From IMG/VR virus record IMGVR_UViG_3300014205_000004, positions 1 through 64,000 of that record: a stretch of DNA of 64,000 nt. The stretch is one strand, 5' to 3'. Origin of the DNA: a virus (Duplodnaviria; Caudoviricetes). Positions 9,749 to 19,467 of this stretch are shown here, in pieces (within the stretch, counting starts at the first letter, position 1; the number at the start of each line of letters is the position of its first letter). The notes beneath the pieces are model-generated. The model was not told where the DNA came from. It did no database searches and was given only the letters and a program-made list of their open reading frames with translations. The translations under genes were made by a program, and so were the position numbers.

Positions 9749-11015
9749 ACGACATGGCCTTCGCGAACGCTGCTTGCTTCGCGCGCAGCGCCTTCCGCTC
9801 TTCGGGCGTCAGCACCTTGACCGGGTAAGGCCGCTTGATGTCGGTGATGTCTTCGTCCTCCCAACCTTCGATGTCCTTCATGTCCTCCTCGGTCAGCTCC
9901 CGTACTCGCTGGACGGGCTGCTTGACCTCCGGGACCGGGAAGTGGGCATCGAGGCCCATGCGCTTCATCAGCCGCTGGATGTAGGTGCGGTCGGTGGAGT
10001 TGTCCGCGTACTCCTCCAGGATGGCCGGGAGGTTCTTCTGGAAGGTCACGAGCGTTCGGCCGTAGTTGTCGACGGCCTCACCGGCCCAGTCGACGACGAA
10101 GAAGAGCAACGGCCCCATCAGTTGCTTGAAGGTGGCGTCGCGCACGAGGTTGCGCGCGGCGCGCTCGTTTGCGACCTTCGCGCCGGCATGGGCCATTCCG
10201 ATGTCCGTCTTGCTGCCCTTGGCCGCGGTGGCTTTGTAGAAGAAGTCGAGCACGAGGCTGGCCTGGCTGCCGATGGTCTTCTTTGCGAGCAGCGCGGCAA
10301 CGTTTGAAGCCGGCACGGGGACCAGGGCGGGGTCTCGCAGCCACAGGGTCAGCTCGTTTTCATCCACAGGTTGGTCCTCCACGCAGGTGACGAAGTGCAA
10401 CTTGATTACGGCGTTTGTCTGGTCGAGCTCGACAAGCCCGAAATGCACGAGCCGCGTCATCCGGCGGCGTACGGTCGCTTCAAGACAGCCGAGCCGACGC
10501 GCGAGGTCTGTATAGGCGACGAAGGGGCCGTCTTCCTGCCCGCCTGCCCAGGTACGCCTGAGCTCCAGGTAGAGGCCGGCGGTAGGCTTCTCTTCACGGA
10601 ACGCCAGGAAGAGCTGGCGCTCCTCGTCTCGCGTAAGCTCTGGCCGAAGCGTCGAGAAAGCGGCCTGGAGGAGGATGTCTCCCTTGCCGCGAAAGGTCTC
10701 GACGGTTAGATGGCTGCGGGTGGCTTGGTTGACCTTCCAGACGAAGTCCTTGCCGTTGGCTTCTTGCTGCTTGGTCAACCACCCGGCCCGTTCCAGGGCT
10801 GCGAGTGCACGCTTGTACGTCTCACGAGGAAGTCCAAGGCTGGCCGCTTCAGCTGAGATAGACAGAAGCCTCATCCCTCGCTGGGCGCGTAGGCTGGCGT
10901 AGACCTTCTTCGCGTTGACCTGACTCTTGTCGAAACCTGGGTTGGTTTCGTTGAGGCGCTCGTGGTTCAACTCTCCTAGACGATTGACCACGTAATGTGC
11001 TGGGCGATGAGACAC
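9741..11015 (-). CDS. Putative replication initiator/helicase loader with tandem winged-HTH domains
   Basis: Two HTH-like segments (AEAASLGLPRETYKRAL; DLARRLGCLEATVRRRM); first gene of the helicase-primase-polymerase operon. Confidence 0.5.
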   Translation of the reverse strand: MSHRPAHYVVNRLGELNHERLNETNPGFDKSQVNAKKVYASLRAQRGMRLLSISAEAASLGLPRETYKRALAALERAGWLTKQQEANGKDFVWKVNQATRSHLTVETFRGKGDILLQAAFSTLRPELTRDEERQLFLAFREEKPTAGLYLELRRTWAGGQEDGPFVAYTDLARRLGCLEATVRRRMTRLVHFGLVELDQTNAVIKLHFVTCVEDQPVDENELTLWLRDPALVPVPASNVAALLAKKTIGSQASLVLDFFYKATAAKGSKTDIGMAHAGAKVANERAARNLVRDATFKQLMGPLLFFVVDWAGEAVDNYGRTLVTFQKNLPAILEEYADNSTDRTYIQRLMKRMGLDAHFPVPEVKQPVQRVRELTEEDMKDIEGWEDEDITDIKRPYPVKVLTPEERKALRAKQAAFAKAMSYG

Positions 11016-11104
11016 GTCTTCGGTTCCCTCCTCCTCCGAGTTGACAGAGAAATACTCAGTCAGGATCGTCAGAGTACACAGACGTCTGGGCGGTAGTCAA
11101 CTGG

Positions 11105-11195
11105 GACTGACCACGACTGACCGGTTTTCCAAAGTAGAAGATCTTCGATCTTCTCTATATAGATCTTAGGAAAACCGGTCAGTACCCGGTCAGTC
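11105..11195. repeat. Nested inverted repeat around an AT-rich core, candidate replication origin
   Basis: ACTGACCGGTTTTCC (11116-11130) / GGAAAACCGGTCAGT (11169-11183); outer GACTGACC/GGTCAGTC; three GATCTT in the core. Confidence 0.6.
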
Positions 11196-11244
11196 AAAAC
11201 GATTGTTTTCGGCCCAGAATGAGACCTCTCGGAGCCAGTCAGAG

Positions 11245-11273
11245 TTGACAGTCAGAGTACGGTACGGTAACGT
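11245..11273 (+). promoter_or_regulatory. Sigma70-type promoter
   Basis: TTGACA-17 nt-TAACGT upstream of a three-gene plus-strand unit. Confidence 0.6.
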
Positions 11274-11465
11274 TTGAGATGACAGAAGCAAACAGTCTGC
11301 CGCCCAGACGGGGCCCAGACTGGCTGCTCAGTGGGTCGTAGTACCTCGTGAAGGAGTCTTTGCTTACCTTTCCCCTCCTTCCCCTCCTTTCTCCCTCCTC
11401 TGTCGCTCCGATCGAAGTACTACGACCCACTGAGCAGCCAAATCACCCAGAAGACAGAGGTTGGA

Positions 11466-11792
11466 ATGGCTAAGAAGAAGAAGGGTCAGCGAACTCTCGA
11501 ACCAATCTCCCAGAACTACTCAGGCCCGTTCAGCGAGACGGAGCTCCAGTACCTCCAGCGGAAGATCAGCTGCGCAGGTGAGATGAAGAGCAAGGTCCGG
11601 CGGTTCCTCGATTGGTGGGATTGGCAGAGCGAAGACGACACCACCGGGCAGGGAGTCATCCTGGTAGAGGACCTGCGTAAGGCAATGGAGGACTACCTCA
11701 ACTGCGTGCCAGCGACACCACCGCACCGCATCGGCCTGGTCATCTGGCCGTGGAAGTGGTCTCGACTGCTCGGCAAAGGGTGGTTCGCGTGA
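11466..11792 (+). CDS. Hypothetical protein
   Basis: ATG after GAGGT; stop overlaps the next start (GTGA). Confidence 0.6.
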   Translation: MAKKKKGQRTLEPISQNYSGPFSETELQYLQRKISCAGEMKSKVRRFLDWWDWQSEDDTTGQGVILVEDLRKAMEDYLNCVPATPPHRIGLVIWPWKWSRLLGKGWFA

Positions 11793-12277
11793 GCCGCTAC
11801 GCGCAGGACACGTCTGTCCCCATCGAACGCTCGCGCGTCGAGATCGAGAAGCTCCTGGACCGCTACGGTGCTGACCAGACCATGCAGGGCCGTGACGGGC
11901 TTACGTCGTTCCTGGCGTTCCGAATCAATGGCCGGCAGGTACGGATGAAACTGGAGATGCTCCAGCCAGACGACCGTGAGTTCACCCACACCCCAACCGG
12001 CCAGCGGCGTACAGCCATCCAGGCCAAGGCGGCGTGGGACCAGTCCTGCAAGGCGCGCTGGCGCTCGCTCGCCCTGGTAATCAAGGCGAAGCTCGAAGCG
12101 ATTGAGTGCGGTATTTCCACGATCGAGGACGAGTTCTTGAGCTTCATCATGCTGCCTGATGGGTCGTCTGTTGGAGACTACATGGTTCCTCAAATCCAGG
12201 AGACCTACGAGACCGGGCGAATGCCGGCTGGGCTTCCTGGGTTCAACCAACTTCAACTCGCTGCGGCCAGCCAGTAG
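11789..12277 (+). CDS. Conserved phage hypothetical protein
   Basis: YAQDTSVPIERSRVEIEKLL ... WRSLALVIKAKLEA ... EDEFL pattern, which I recognise from phage proteins. Confidence 0.7.
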   Translation: MSRYAQDTSVPIERSRVEIEKLLDRYGADQTMQGRDGLTSFLAFRINGRQVRMKLEMLQPDDREFTHTPTGQRRTAIQAKAAWDQSCKARWRSLALVIKAKLEAIECGISTIEDEFLSFIMLPDGSSVGDYMVPQIQETYETGRMPAGLPGFNQLQLAAASQ

Positions 12278-12658
12278 TTGGCCAAGAGGCGGAAGCGCAA
12301 AGGACCACAGTCACCGGCGCGTAAGGCGTACTTGCGTAATCGCCGGGCGAAGAAAGCGGCGCGCTATCAGGACTGTGCGGTCAACGACTTCAACAACAAA
12401 GCCTGGTACAGAGTGCTCGCGCGATTCAACTACGAGTGCGCCTACTGCCTGAAATCCTCGACCCCACGCTACCGACCAGATGGCACGCGAATCGCTCCGT
12501 CGTGGATCAGCAGGGACCACGTGGTGCCTGTGTCGAGGGGCGGCGACAACACCGAGTTGAATGTCGTGCCAGCCTGTCGGCGGTGCAATGAGTCGAAAGG
12601 TTCGAGGCTCGTGAACGAGTGGACAAAGGACTGGCCCGCCCTAGCGGACGCCGCTTAG
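12278..12658 (+). CDS. HNH endonuclease
   Basis: CAYC ... DHVVPVSRGG ... NVVPACRRCNESKG. Confidence 0.9.
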   Translation: MAKRRKRKGPQSPARKAYLRNRRAKKAARYQDCAVNDFNNKAWYRVLARFNYECAYCLKSSTPRYRPDGTRIAPSWISRDHVVPVSRGGDNTELNVVPACRRCNESKGSRLVNEWTKDWPALADAA

Positions 12659-13257
12659 AGCGCGTCTACGGACCGTGCGAGCGCACAGTCCAGGTGCTCG
12701 CAGCCATCGCAAGGCGTCTCTGTGAAGTGGAGCTTGCGCCAGGCCGTTGCTGACTCCACGAGCGCTGCTGCCGCTTCCTGCCGCTTTCGCGTAGCCAGAC
12801 GCTCAGCGTCATGCGCGGCCCACTTGGCGCGCATGACGGCATCTTGTTCGGCCTGGCGGGAAGCTTTCTTCTCCCAGTCGTGCTTGCCGCACCAGTACCG
12901 CTGCTCTTTATCGGCGTGCCCGTGCAGGCCATCCCCGACCTGGTGCCCGTAGATGTCCCAACCAGACAGCTCGACGGTTGCTGGCAGTCCGCAGACAGAG
13001 TCCCACACGCCGTGCCACACACGCGCGCGGCAGTACTTCGCGAAGTCGTACCCATAGCAGCGATTGCAGAAGCGGGAGGCCCCGCGTTTTCGGAACTCTT
13101 CGAATACGGGGCCCTCGTTGTTTCCTGTTAGCGGTATGAGATAGTGCCTCGGCCGCTTCTCGTCGGCTGTACGCGAGAATGTGCAGAGACCCTTGGGGTT
13201 CGTGATCTCTTGCAGCAGCGGGTTGCTTTCGTTGTGTACCCGTTCGAGCTTCGTCAC
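12655..13257 (-). CDS. Hypothetical Cys-rich protein
   Basis: ORF tiles with neighbours; several CxxC motifs. Confidence 0.6.
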   Translation of the reverse strand: MTKLERVHNESNPLLQEITNPKGLCTFSRTADEKRPRHYLIPLTGNNEGPVFEEFRKRGASRFCNRCYGYDFAKYCRARVWHGVWDSVCGLPATVELSGWDIYGHQVGDGLHGHADKEQRYWCGKHDWEKKASRQAEQDAVMRAKWAAHDAERLATRKRQEAAAALVESATAWRKLHFTETPCDGCEHLDCALARSVDAL

Positions 13258-13441
13258 TGGTTGACCCTCTTAGCTGCGATGCGCTCGCACTTGCGGCAGC
13301 GGATGTCGCTACCAAGAGGGAGGTGCTGAGCCACGGGCGGGATGAGCGCCCCGCAATACGTCCGCGTCTTCCCTTCGTCGTAACTGTGCACGGTCGAGCA
13401 GATGTAGGTGCGTTTGTTCCACCATTCGATATTGGTCGGCA

Positions 13442-13696
13442 TCAGTCAGGCATCCCCATGATGAGTCCGTGCTGCTGCAGCTTGTAGAGTGCCATTTTGG
13501 TGGCGTTCATCGACAGGCCGGCCATCCGGGCCAGATCACCGAAAGAGAGGGGCACAGCAGTGCTGTGCGCTGTTTCAAGGGCACTCCACACGGCCTGCTC
13601 GTTTTGAGTCAAGCTCATGCGCCAAGCTGTCGTGAGCTTAGCGGATCCGTCAACCACGAGGTTGACTCGAACATCTCGCAAAGACAAAAGACTCAT
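13442..13696 (-). CDS. Small winged-HTH DNA-binding protein
   Basis: LTQNEQAVW ... DLARMAGLSMNATKMALYKLQQHGLI. Confidence 0.65.
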   Translation of the reverse strand: MSLLSLRDVRVNLVVDGSAKLTTAWRMSLTQNEQAVWSALETAHSTAVPLSFGDLARMAGLSMNATKMALYKLQQHGLIMGMPD

Positions 13697-15261
13697 GCTG
13701 CCTCCAGTGCGACGCCGGCGAGCTTACGCATCGCGACGCTGTCGCCAATGTCCGGGACCGAGTTCGAAACGATGTAGTCGACCTGCTCGCTCTTCAGTGC
13801 CTTCATGCGTGCGCGGGTATGCGCCGTGAGGTTCCTGTTCTGCAGGTCGTTGAAGTCGAAGTACAGGCAGTACGGGTGGATGCCCTGGCGAACGCCACGG
13901 CCGATGGTCTGGATGACGTTGTGCGGCGCTTTGCCTCCACCAGCGTTGATGATGCAGGTGAGGTTGGGGATGTCGAGACCCTCTTTCGACACGGTTGAGA
14001 TGAAGCCAGGAATCTTCCCTGAGTTCACCCGGTTCTGGACAGAGCGCCGCTTCGCCGACGTAACCGACCCGCGCAGGAACGGCCATCCAAGCATCTCGGA
14101 GAGCAACTCCCCGTGCTCGATGCGCGTGACTGTGATGAGCGTGGGCAGCTTCGCTGCCTTGGCCGCGGTAGCGATCTCGCGTATAGCCTCGTTGCGGTAC
14201 TCGTTGACGATGACCGCGGAGTTGTAGACGTCCTGGTACTTCTCAAGCCCCTGCAGTTTGCCGGGGATCTTCGGTTCGTCCTTGTTGCCTGGGTAGTTCA
14301 GGAACCAAGCGAGCGGCTTGACGGAGATGCCCGCTTCGACCGCATCGACCAGCGAGAAGTCGTAGATGATCTCTCCGGTCGCCCCGATGAGGACCAGTTC
14401 ACTGCCAGGCGGGTTGGTGAACGGAGTCGCATCAAAACCAAACCGGAAGTACGCAGGACATGCCTCGACCACGCTGAGCCACGAGCTCGCCTTGGCGTGC
14501 TTGGCTTCGTCGATGATGAGCATGTCGAAGGTCGCGAGCAGGTCGAGCGTCTCTTGACGGATCTGGTCCTTCTCTTCGCCCAGGAGGATTACATCCTCGT
14601 ACGCGTCTTCGGTCAGGTCGCCGGTGAGAAGCTGTTCCTTGATGTCCTGCATCTGTGCCTTGGTCCAGCCGCCTTCAAGCCGGCGAAGCAGGGTCTGGAA
14701 GGTTGCGACGACCACATCGTCGGGTTCCCACACACCGTCACCGATGACACCGATCGGAAGGTTCGGGAGACGTTCGTTCAGGCGCTTCACCGCTTGGTTC
14801 AGGAGGTCTTTCGACGGAACCAGGACCAGTGTCGGGACACCGAAAGCGTAGCTGAGCCCCCCCAGCACTTCCGTCTTCCCGAAGCCTGTCGATGCCTTGC
14901 AGATCCCGCGGTGCTTCTCGGTGGCGATTTTGATCGCTTCGATTTGCTGCTCGCGCAACTCGATACCAGACAGTGCCACGTCAGGGATGATCTCGTCGGC
15001 GGGCATCTCCCGTTCATCCACAACGACCACATCGTACTTGAGCTTCCGCAGCCGTTCGACGACGCGCGGGACCAGGCCGGTCGGCAACTGCTTGCGCCGG
15101 GTGTTGTACACCTTGTTGTAGCCGTCCCACATGTGGCGCTTGAAGAGTCTGCTGAACTGGTAGCCCTCGGGGCGGAACCGAGTCATCTCAGTGATGACGT
15201 CCGTGGGGATGTCTCCGCTGAGCTTGGTGTTGACGTTTCCTAGCGTGAACGTGATGGGCAT
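13693..15261 (-). CDS. SF2 DExH helicase (UvsW/XPB-like)
   Basis: LREQQ, STGFGKT, IIDEAKH, DATP, EGLDIP and QTIGRG motifs. Confidence 0.9.
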   Translation of the reverse strand: MPITFTLGNVNTKLSGDIPTDVITEMTRFRPEGYQFSRLFKRHMWDGYNKVYNTRRKQLPTGLVPRVVERLRKLKYDVVVVDEREMPADEIIPDVALSGIELREQQIEAIKIATEKHRGICKASTGFGKTEVLGGLSYAFGVPTLVLVPSKDLLNQAVKRLNERLPNLPIGVIGDGVWEPDDVVVATFQTLLRRLEGGWTKAQMQDIKEQLLTGDLTEDAYEDVILLGEEKDQIRQETLDLLATFDMLIIDEAKHAKASSWLSVVEACPAYFRFGFDATPFTNPPGSELVLIGATGEIIYDFSLVDAVEAGISVKPLAWFLNYPGNKDEPKIPGKLQGLEKYQDVYNSAVIVNEYRNEAIREIATAAKAAKLPTLITVTRIEHGELLSEMLGWPFLRGSVTSAKRRSVQNRVNSGKIPGFISTVSKEGLDIPNLTCIINAGGGKAPHNVIQTIGRGVRQGIHPYCLYFDFNDLQNRNLTAHTRARMKALKSEQVDYIVSNSVPDIGDSVAMRKLAGVALEAA

Positions 15262-15376
15262 GTTGGCTCCTTGATATGGAGAGAGCCCCGTCCCATATGC
15301 GCATTCAACGCGCACTGGGTGCGGGGCTCTCAAGCGCTCCAAGAGCTAGTGTCAACTAGCTTGGGCAGACTGTCAA

Positions 15377-15721
15377 CTAGGAAGACGCCGGTTCTGGCAA
15401 CTTCACGGCCGATCCGGTGATGGCGTTGACGTTCTCCAGGATGGACCCGAGAAGGCCGAGGCACATTGCACTGCCGGCAGCCCAGAACGCACCGGTGATG
15501 ATGGTGTCGTAGGCGGTCCCTGCCGCGGCTGCGGACATCGCCGCGAGAACGAGGAAGGTGATGCCGAAGGGCATGGTTTTCGTGATGAAGATGTCAGCGA
15601 CGCGCTGCGGGCGGAAGGTGCCCATCTTGAGGGCACGAGCCGCACCCATCAGAAGGTCACCAAAGACGAGCGCCAGGAAGGCGAGCATGAGCGGGAGAGG
15701 GAACTGGTTCAGGATTTCCAA
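15377..15721 (-). CDS. Putative holin (phage holin 4-like)
   Basis: Three hydrophobic segments, D.L.G motif and C-terminal SILEN motif; TTG start after AAAGGA. Confidence 0.7.
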   Translation of the reverse strand: MEILNQFPLPLMLAFLALVFGDLLMGAARALKMGTFRPQRVADIFITKTMPFGITFLVLAAMSAAAAGTAYDTIITGAFWAAGSAMCLGLLGSILENVNAITGSAVKLPEPASS

Positions 15722-15752
15722 CGTATGTCCTTTGTCGTTCTGTCGGGCCCTG

Positions 15753-16037
15753 TTAGGCCCTTTGCGACGCAGCTGCAGCTGCAGCAGCTTTGTCTTTGGC
15801 GTCGAGGCGGGCGATGGTTCGAGCCAATTCGCTCTTGTAGATGTCGGAGTCCTTGGGTACGCCCTTGAACCTGCGGCTGACCGACATCTTGGCACGCCAC
15901 TCCAGTGAGAAGGGTTCGCGTTTCTTACCCCTCTGCCGGTCCTGGTGATAGGTCCGGGCCTTTTCGCTGGTGCGGAGTGACTCGCTGATGGCTTCCTTGT
16001 GTTTTTCCGTGAGGGTGGAACCCTTCGGCCTGGCCAT
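15753..16037 (-). CDS. NUMOD3-motif DNA-binding protein without a nuclease domain
   Basis: GSTLTEKHKEAISES and FSLEWRAKMS repeats. Confidence 0.6.
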   Translation of the reverse strand: MARPKGSTLTEKHKEAISESLRTSEKARTYHQDRQRGKKREPFSLEWRAKMSVSRRFKGVPKDSDIYKSELARTIARLDAKDKAAAAAAASQRA

Positions 16038-16456
16038 TACTGGCCGGCGATCTGGGCTGCGTCCTCCAGGGACTGTGCGTCGGTGGGCTTGGCACCCTTC
16101 GGCTTGTTGCCGCGGAGCGGCGTGATGGCTTCGACAGCCGTGTCATATACGGCCTCGCCGTCATCGGCGGGGCCGGCTTCGGCTACGACTTCGGCTACGA
16201 CTTCGACTTCGGCTTCGGCCGGTTCGTCCAAGTCAGTGACGGGCAGGTCATCGAGGTTGATCTCGTCCGTGAAGTCGTAGCGCCGGAGAGCGTCTCCCGT
16301 TTCTTCGACCTCGCCCAGGTACCAGCTCGTGAACGAGCCGTTCTCCAGGCGCACGATGGCGCGATCCTGGATCCCGGTCGGGTCCGCGCCGGCGACGAAC
16401 TGCTCAATGAGACCGCGTTCGTTGGTCTGTTTGTTTCTTGCGGGACTGTAACTCAA
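16037..16456 (-). CDS. Hypothetical acidic protein
   Basis: TTG after AAAGGA; phage-like codon usage. Confidence 0.65.
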   Translation of the reverse strand: MSYSPARNKQTNERGLIEQFVAGADPTGIQDRAIVRLENGSFTSWYLGEVEETGDALRRYDFTDEINLDDLPVTDLDEPAEAEVEVVAEVVAEAGPADDGEAVYDTAVEAITPLRGNKPKGAKPTDAQSLEDAAQIAGQ

Positions 16457-16542
16457 GTTGAGTGTTCCTTTCAGGTTACATTGACTATCTGAAGATTAAC
16501 ACAACTGAGCACTCAAGGTGACCTAAACCGTATACTGTCGAA

Positions 16543-17112
16543 GTGACAGATGAATCGCAGAGCACGTCAACTGTAGTGCAGGTAGGGCGCGGGTCCAGTA
16601 ACCGGATCGCGCACATGGCTATCCTGAAGTCTGAATACAAGGACGAGATCGACTCGATGCTTTTCGTTGAGAAGCTCGCAGTCGCCAAGGTGCATCAGCA
16701 CCTCACTGACCTTGGAGAAAAGGACATCAATTACATGGCGCTGCTGCGGTACAAGCAGAGCGCTGAAAAGGGCAACGTCCCGCGCGTCGTATTGGAGACG
16801 AGCCAGGAAGAAGCTAAGCGAACGTGGGACGTGCTGAGCAAGATCATCCGAGGCGCGGAAGACTTCATCGCTGCCGGCGGTGTCCCAAACATCCAGGACG
16901 CGCTCCGTGCTGCGAAGCTGCAGGCGGACCTCATGGCGCGGTGGGGTATCGACTTCAACATCCAGGCCACGGACACGGCCAAGCGGATGCTGACGCATCT
17001 CGTCGAAGACATCATTCTTCCAATCGTTACCGAGGACCAGAAGGTACTGATCGCTGAAGCGATCGCGGCCGACTACGAGCTCTCGGAATGGGTGATGCTG
17101 GAGTCAAGCTAG
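16543..17112 (+). CDS. Putative terminase small subunit
   Basis: Helical 189-aa ORF directly upstream of and overlapping terL. Confidence 0.5.
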   Translation: MTDESQSTSTVVQVGRGSSNRIAHMAILKSEYKDEIDSMLFVEKLAVAKVHQHLTDLGEKDINYMALLRYKQSAEKGNVPRVVLETSQEEAKRTWDVLSKIIRGAEDFIAAGGVPNIQDALRAAKLQADLMARWGIDFNIQATDTAKRMLTHLVEDIILPIVTEDQKVLIAEAIAADYELSEWVMLESS

Positions 17113-18908
17113 CCTTGGCCACGCCTCGACCGAAGAAGGAAGACAAGGAGTGGCGACCGCATACCGGGCTGGTCAGTCTCTTCGCGACGCAGGAGCAGTC
17201 TGACCTCGTAGCTGGCTTGCAAGACGACTACATCCACGAGCTTCCGTCGTTCGAAGATTTCGTGACGTCACCCAAGTACCTCGGCCAGCCGCCACCCTCG
17301 TCCAGGCAGCGCGCAGCTGTCCTCGCAGTCATCGGTGAAGACCCGTACAAGCTCTTCTTCGACACTACCCTGCCGAACGAAGGCGTCCTAGCGTACGGGA
17401 AGGGCTCGGGGAAGGACTTCATCGTGAGTGAGGTCCTCGCCTATCTCGTGTACATCGTGCTGTGCATGCGTGACCCGTGGACCATGCTGGGCCAGGCCCA
17501 GGACGAGCCTCTCGATATCTGCAACGTGGCCACGAACGCTGAGCAGGCGCACTCCGTGTTCTTCGCCAAGCTGAAGGCGCGTCTTGAGCGCCCGTGCTTC
17601 TCGGAGTTCGAGCCGCAGTTCACGAAGGGCAAGATCGAGTTCGCGGCCAAGCCGAAAATCACTCTCTGGTCTCTTCACAGCCAAGCTGAAGGGTGGGAAG
17701 GCAAGAACGTCCTCGCCTGGGTCATGGACGAGGCGAGCGCTTTCCGCACGGTCGGGGGCAAGGACAACGCCGCCGAGGTCTACAAGTCGCTCAGGTCGTC
17801 CGCGATGTCACGCTTCGGCTGGATGCACTGGCTGGGCATGATTATCTCGTTCCCGCGCAAGCAGCAGGGCGACTTCACCCTGAGCAAGTACGAGGCGTCG
17901 CTCACGAACCCGAACATCTTCGGCGACCGCGGTGCGACCTGGGAGGTCAACCCGCGCTGGGAGAAGGGCCACCCGCTCTATCAGCCGACCTCCGACGTCT
18001 GGGTCACCATCGAGGACCTCAACATCCAGGTGCCCCAGGAGTTCGAGGAGGACTTCCTGGCGGACGGCATCGACGCCCTGACGCGCTACAAGGCCGAGCC
18101 GCCGCTGACCGAGGGCGGCTTCTTCGAGAACCCGCACACCATCACCGAGGCCATCGACAAGAACCTCCAGCCCATCATCGCGAGCGTCGGCGAACGCATG
18201 GAGATCATCGAGCACGCCGTCGACAACCCCGTGCGCAGGTACGTCACGCGCGAACTGGAGTACCTGCCGCCCGTCGTCGAGGGCCGGCCCTACTTCATGC
18301 ACGCCGACCCCGGCGTGGTGAAGGACTCGTTCACCATCGCGGTCGCGCACACGATGCCCGAGACGAAGGTCGTCACCCAGGCGAAGGGCGACGCGCTGGA
18401 GATCCCGCGGGTGGTCGTGGACTTCGTCCTCAGCTGGGACCCGCGGCCGAACCGGCCGGTGGACTACCTCAACGTGGACGAGGTCATCAAGCAGATCGTG
18501 AAGTTCTACGGCATCAAGCGGTTCACCGCGGACCGCTGGAACTCGGTCCACACCATCCAGACGCTGGTCGAGCTCGGGGTCGACGCGTCGGACATGAACT
18601 TCTCGAACCCCGACCAGCTGGCGATGTACCGCTACCTCCGGCTCTGCTTCTACAACGACATGATCTCGCTCGCGCCAGGGGACGAGCCCACCCAGAACGA
18701 GTTGAAGTTCATCAAGCAGAAGGACGGGAAGATCATCCACGACATCTACGGCAAGGACCGCGCCGACGCGGTTGCCGCGGTCGTCTGGAACGCGGCCGGC
18801 AGGCAGTACTCGAAGGTGAAGGACCTGGTGCGAAAGACCGTTCAGGGTGGACGTTTGGGTGCTGCCCCACCGAAGTCGTGGGGAATTGTACGCACGAAGC
18901 TGGTATAG
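17088..18908 (+). CDS. terL: Terminase large subunit
   Basis: GKGSGKD Walker A, VMDEAS Walker B, nuclease motifs HADPG..DSF, ADRWNS and KDRADAVA. Confidence 0.88.
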   Translation: MGDAGVKLALATPRPKKEDKEWRPHTGLVSLFATQEQSDLVAGLQDDYIHELPSFEDFVTSPKYLGQPPPSSRQRAAVLAVIGEDPYKLFFDTTLPNEGVLAYGKGSGKDFIVSEVLAYLVYIVLCMRDPWTMLGQAQDEPLDICNVATNAEQAHSVFFAKLKARLERPCFSEFEPQFTKGKIEFAAKPKITLWSLHSQAEGWEGKNVLAWVMDEASAFRTVGGKDNAAEVYKSLRSSAMSRFGWMHWLGMIISFPRKQQGDFTLSKYEASLTNPNIFGDRGATWEVNPRWEKGHPLYQPTSDVWVTIEDLNIQVPQEFEEDFLADGIDALTRYKAEPPLTEGGFFENPHTITEAIDKNLQPIIASVGERMEIIEHAVDNPVRRYVTRELEYLPPVVEGRPYFMHADPGVVKDSFTIAVAHTMPETKVVTQAKGDALEIPRVVVDFVLSWDPRPNRPVDYLNVDEVIKQIVKFYGIKRFTADRWNSVHTIQTLVELGVDASDMNFSNPDQLAMYRYLRLCFYNDMISLAPGDEPTQNELKFIKQKDGKIIHDIYGKDRADAVAAVVWNAAGRQYSKVKDLVRKTVQGGRLGAAPPKSWGIVRTKLV

Positions 18909-18939
18909 TAGTCTAACTGAAGTAAGGTATGGTGCCTAA

Positions 18940-19467
18940 TTGAATACAACGATCCTCACTGACCGTCTGATGCTCGACGGGTACATCCAGGAGTCTGACT
19001 ACTTTCCCGGTCACTTCTACGTCGGCGACACTGGCCGCAACACGGCGCACGCGCTCGAAGAGATGCGCAAGAAAGTCCTCGCCTACGTCTCCGACGACGC
19101 CCGCCCGTACACCGTGGAGTTCACGGTGAAGGTGGGTTTCACCGAAGGCGCTCCTGCCACGGACCAGACGGTCATACGTACCGGTGAGGTCGGCATTCAG
19201 CCGGCATGGATGAACATCGCGTCGTCGCCCGACCTTCCCGAGGTTCCGGAATCGAACGTAACCATGGAAGCCAAGGGCCTCATCTTCTCGCGCAGCGGCG
19301 ACTTCTTCATGACGAAGCCCGACAACTCGGAGATCGACCTCATTGGTCGGATGAACGCGACGCTCGTGCGGTCTCTGCAGCCGTTCATGCCGTACAAGCG
19401 CTCGCTCTACGTTGAACTGAGCCTGGCCGTCGGCCAGTCGAAGAAGCAGGTCGCGGCCGACGCCTGA
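18940..19467 (+). CDS. Hypothetical protein
   Basis: ORF with strong codon bias, coupled to the methyltransferase gene. Confidence 0.65.
   Translation: MNTTILTDRLMLDGYIQESDYFPGHFYVGDTGRNTAHALEEMRKKVLAYVSDDARPYTVEFTVKVGFTEGAPATDQTVIRTGEVGIQPAWMNIASSPDLPEVPESNVTMEAKGLIFSRSGDFFMTKPDNSEIDLIGRMNATLVRSLQPFMPYKRSLYVELSLAVGQSKKQVAADA

Noticed and set aside
3079-9820. Long plus-strand ORFs (3079-4569, 6289-7527, 8636-9820)
   Set aside because: Antisense shadows of GC3-rich replication genes, with no recognisable motifs
2578-18908. Inteins or introns in nrdJ, dnaB and terL
   Set aside because: Protein lengths are normal and I saw no splice-junction motifs or homing endonuclease inserts
17693-18916. 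407-aa and 310-aa alternative-frame ORFs over terL
   Set aside because: Explained by extreme GC3 bias; R/G/P-rich low-information translations
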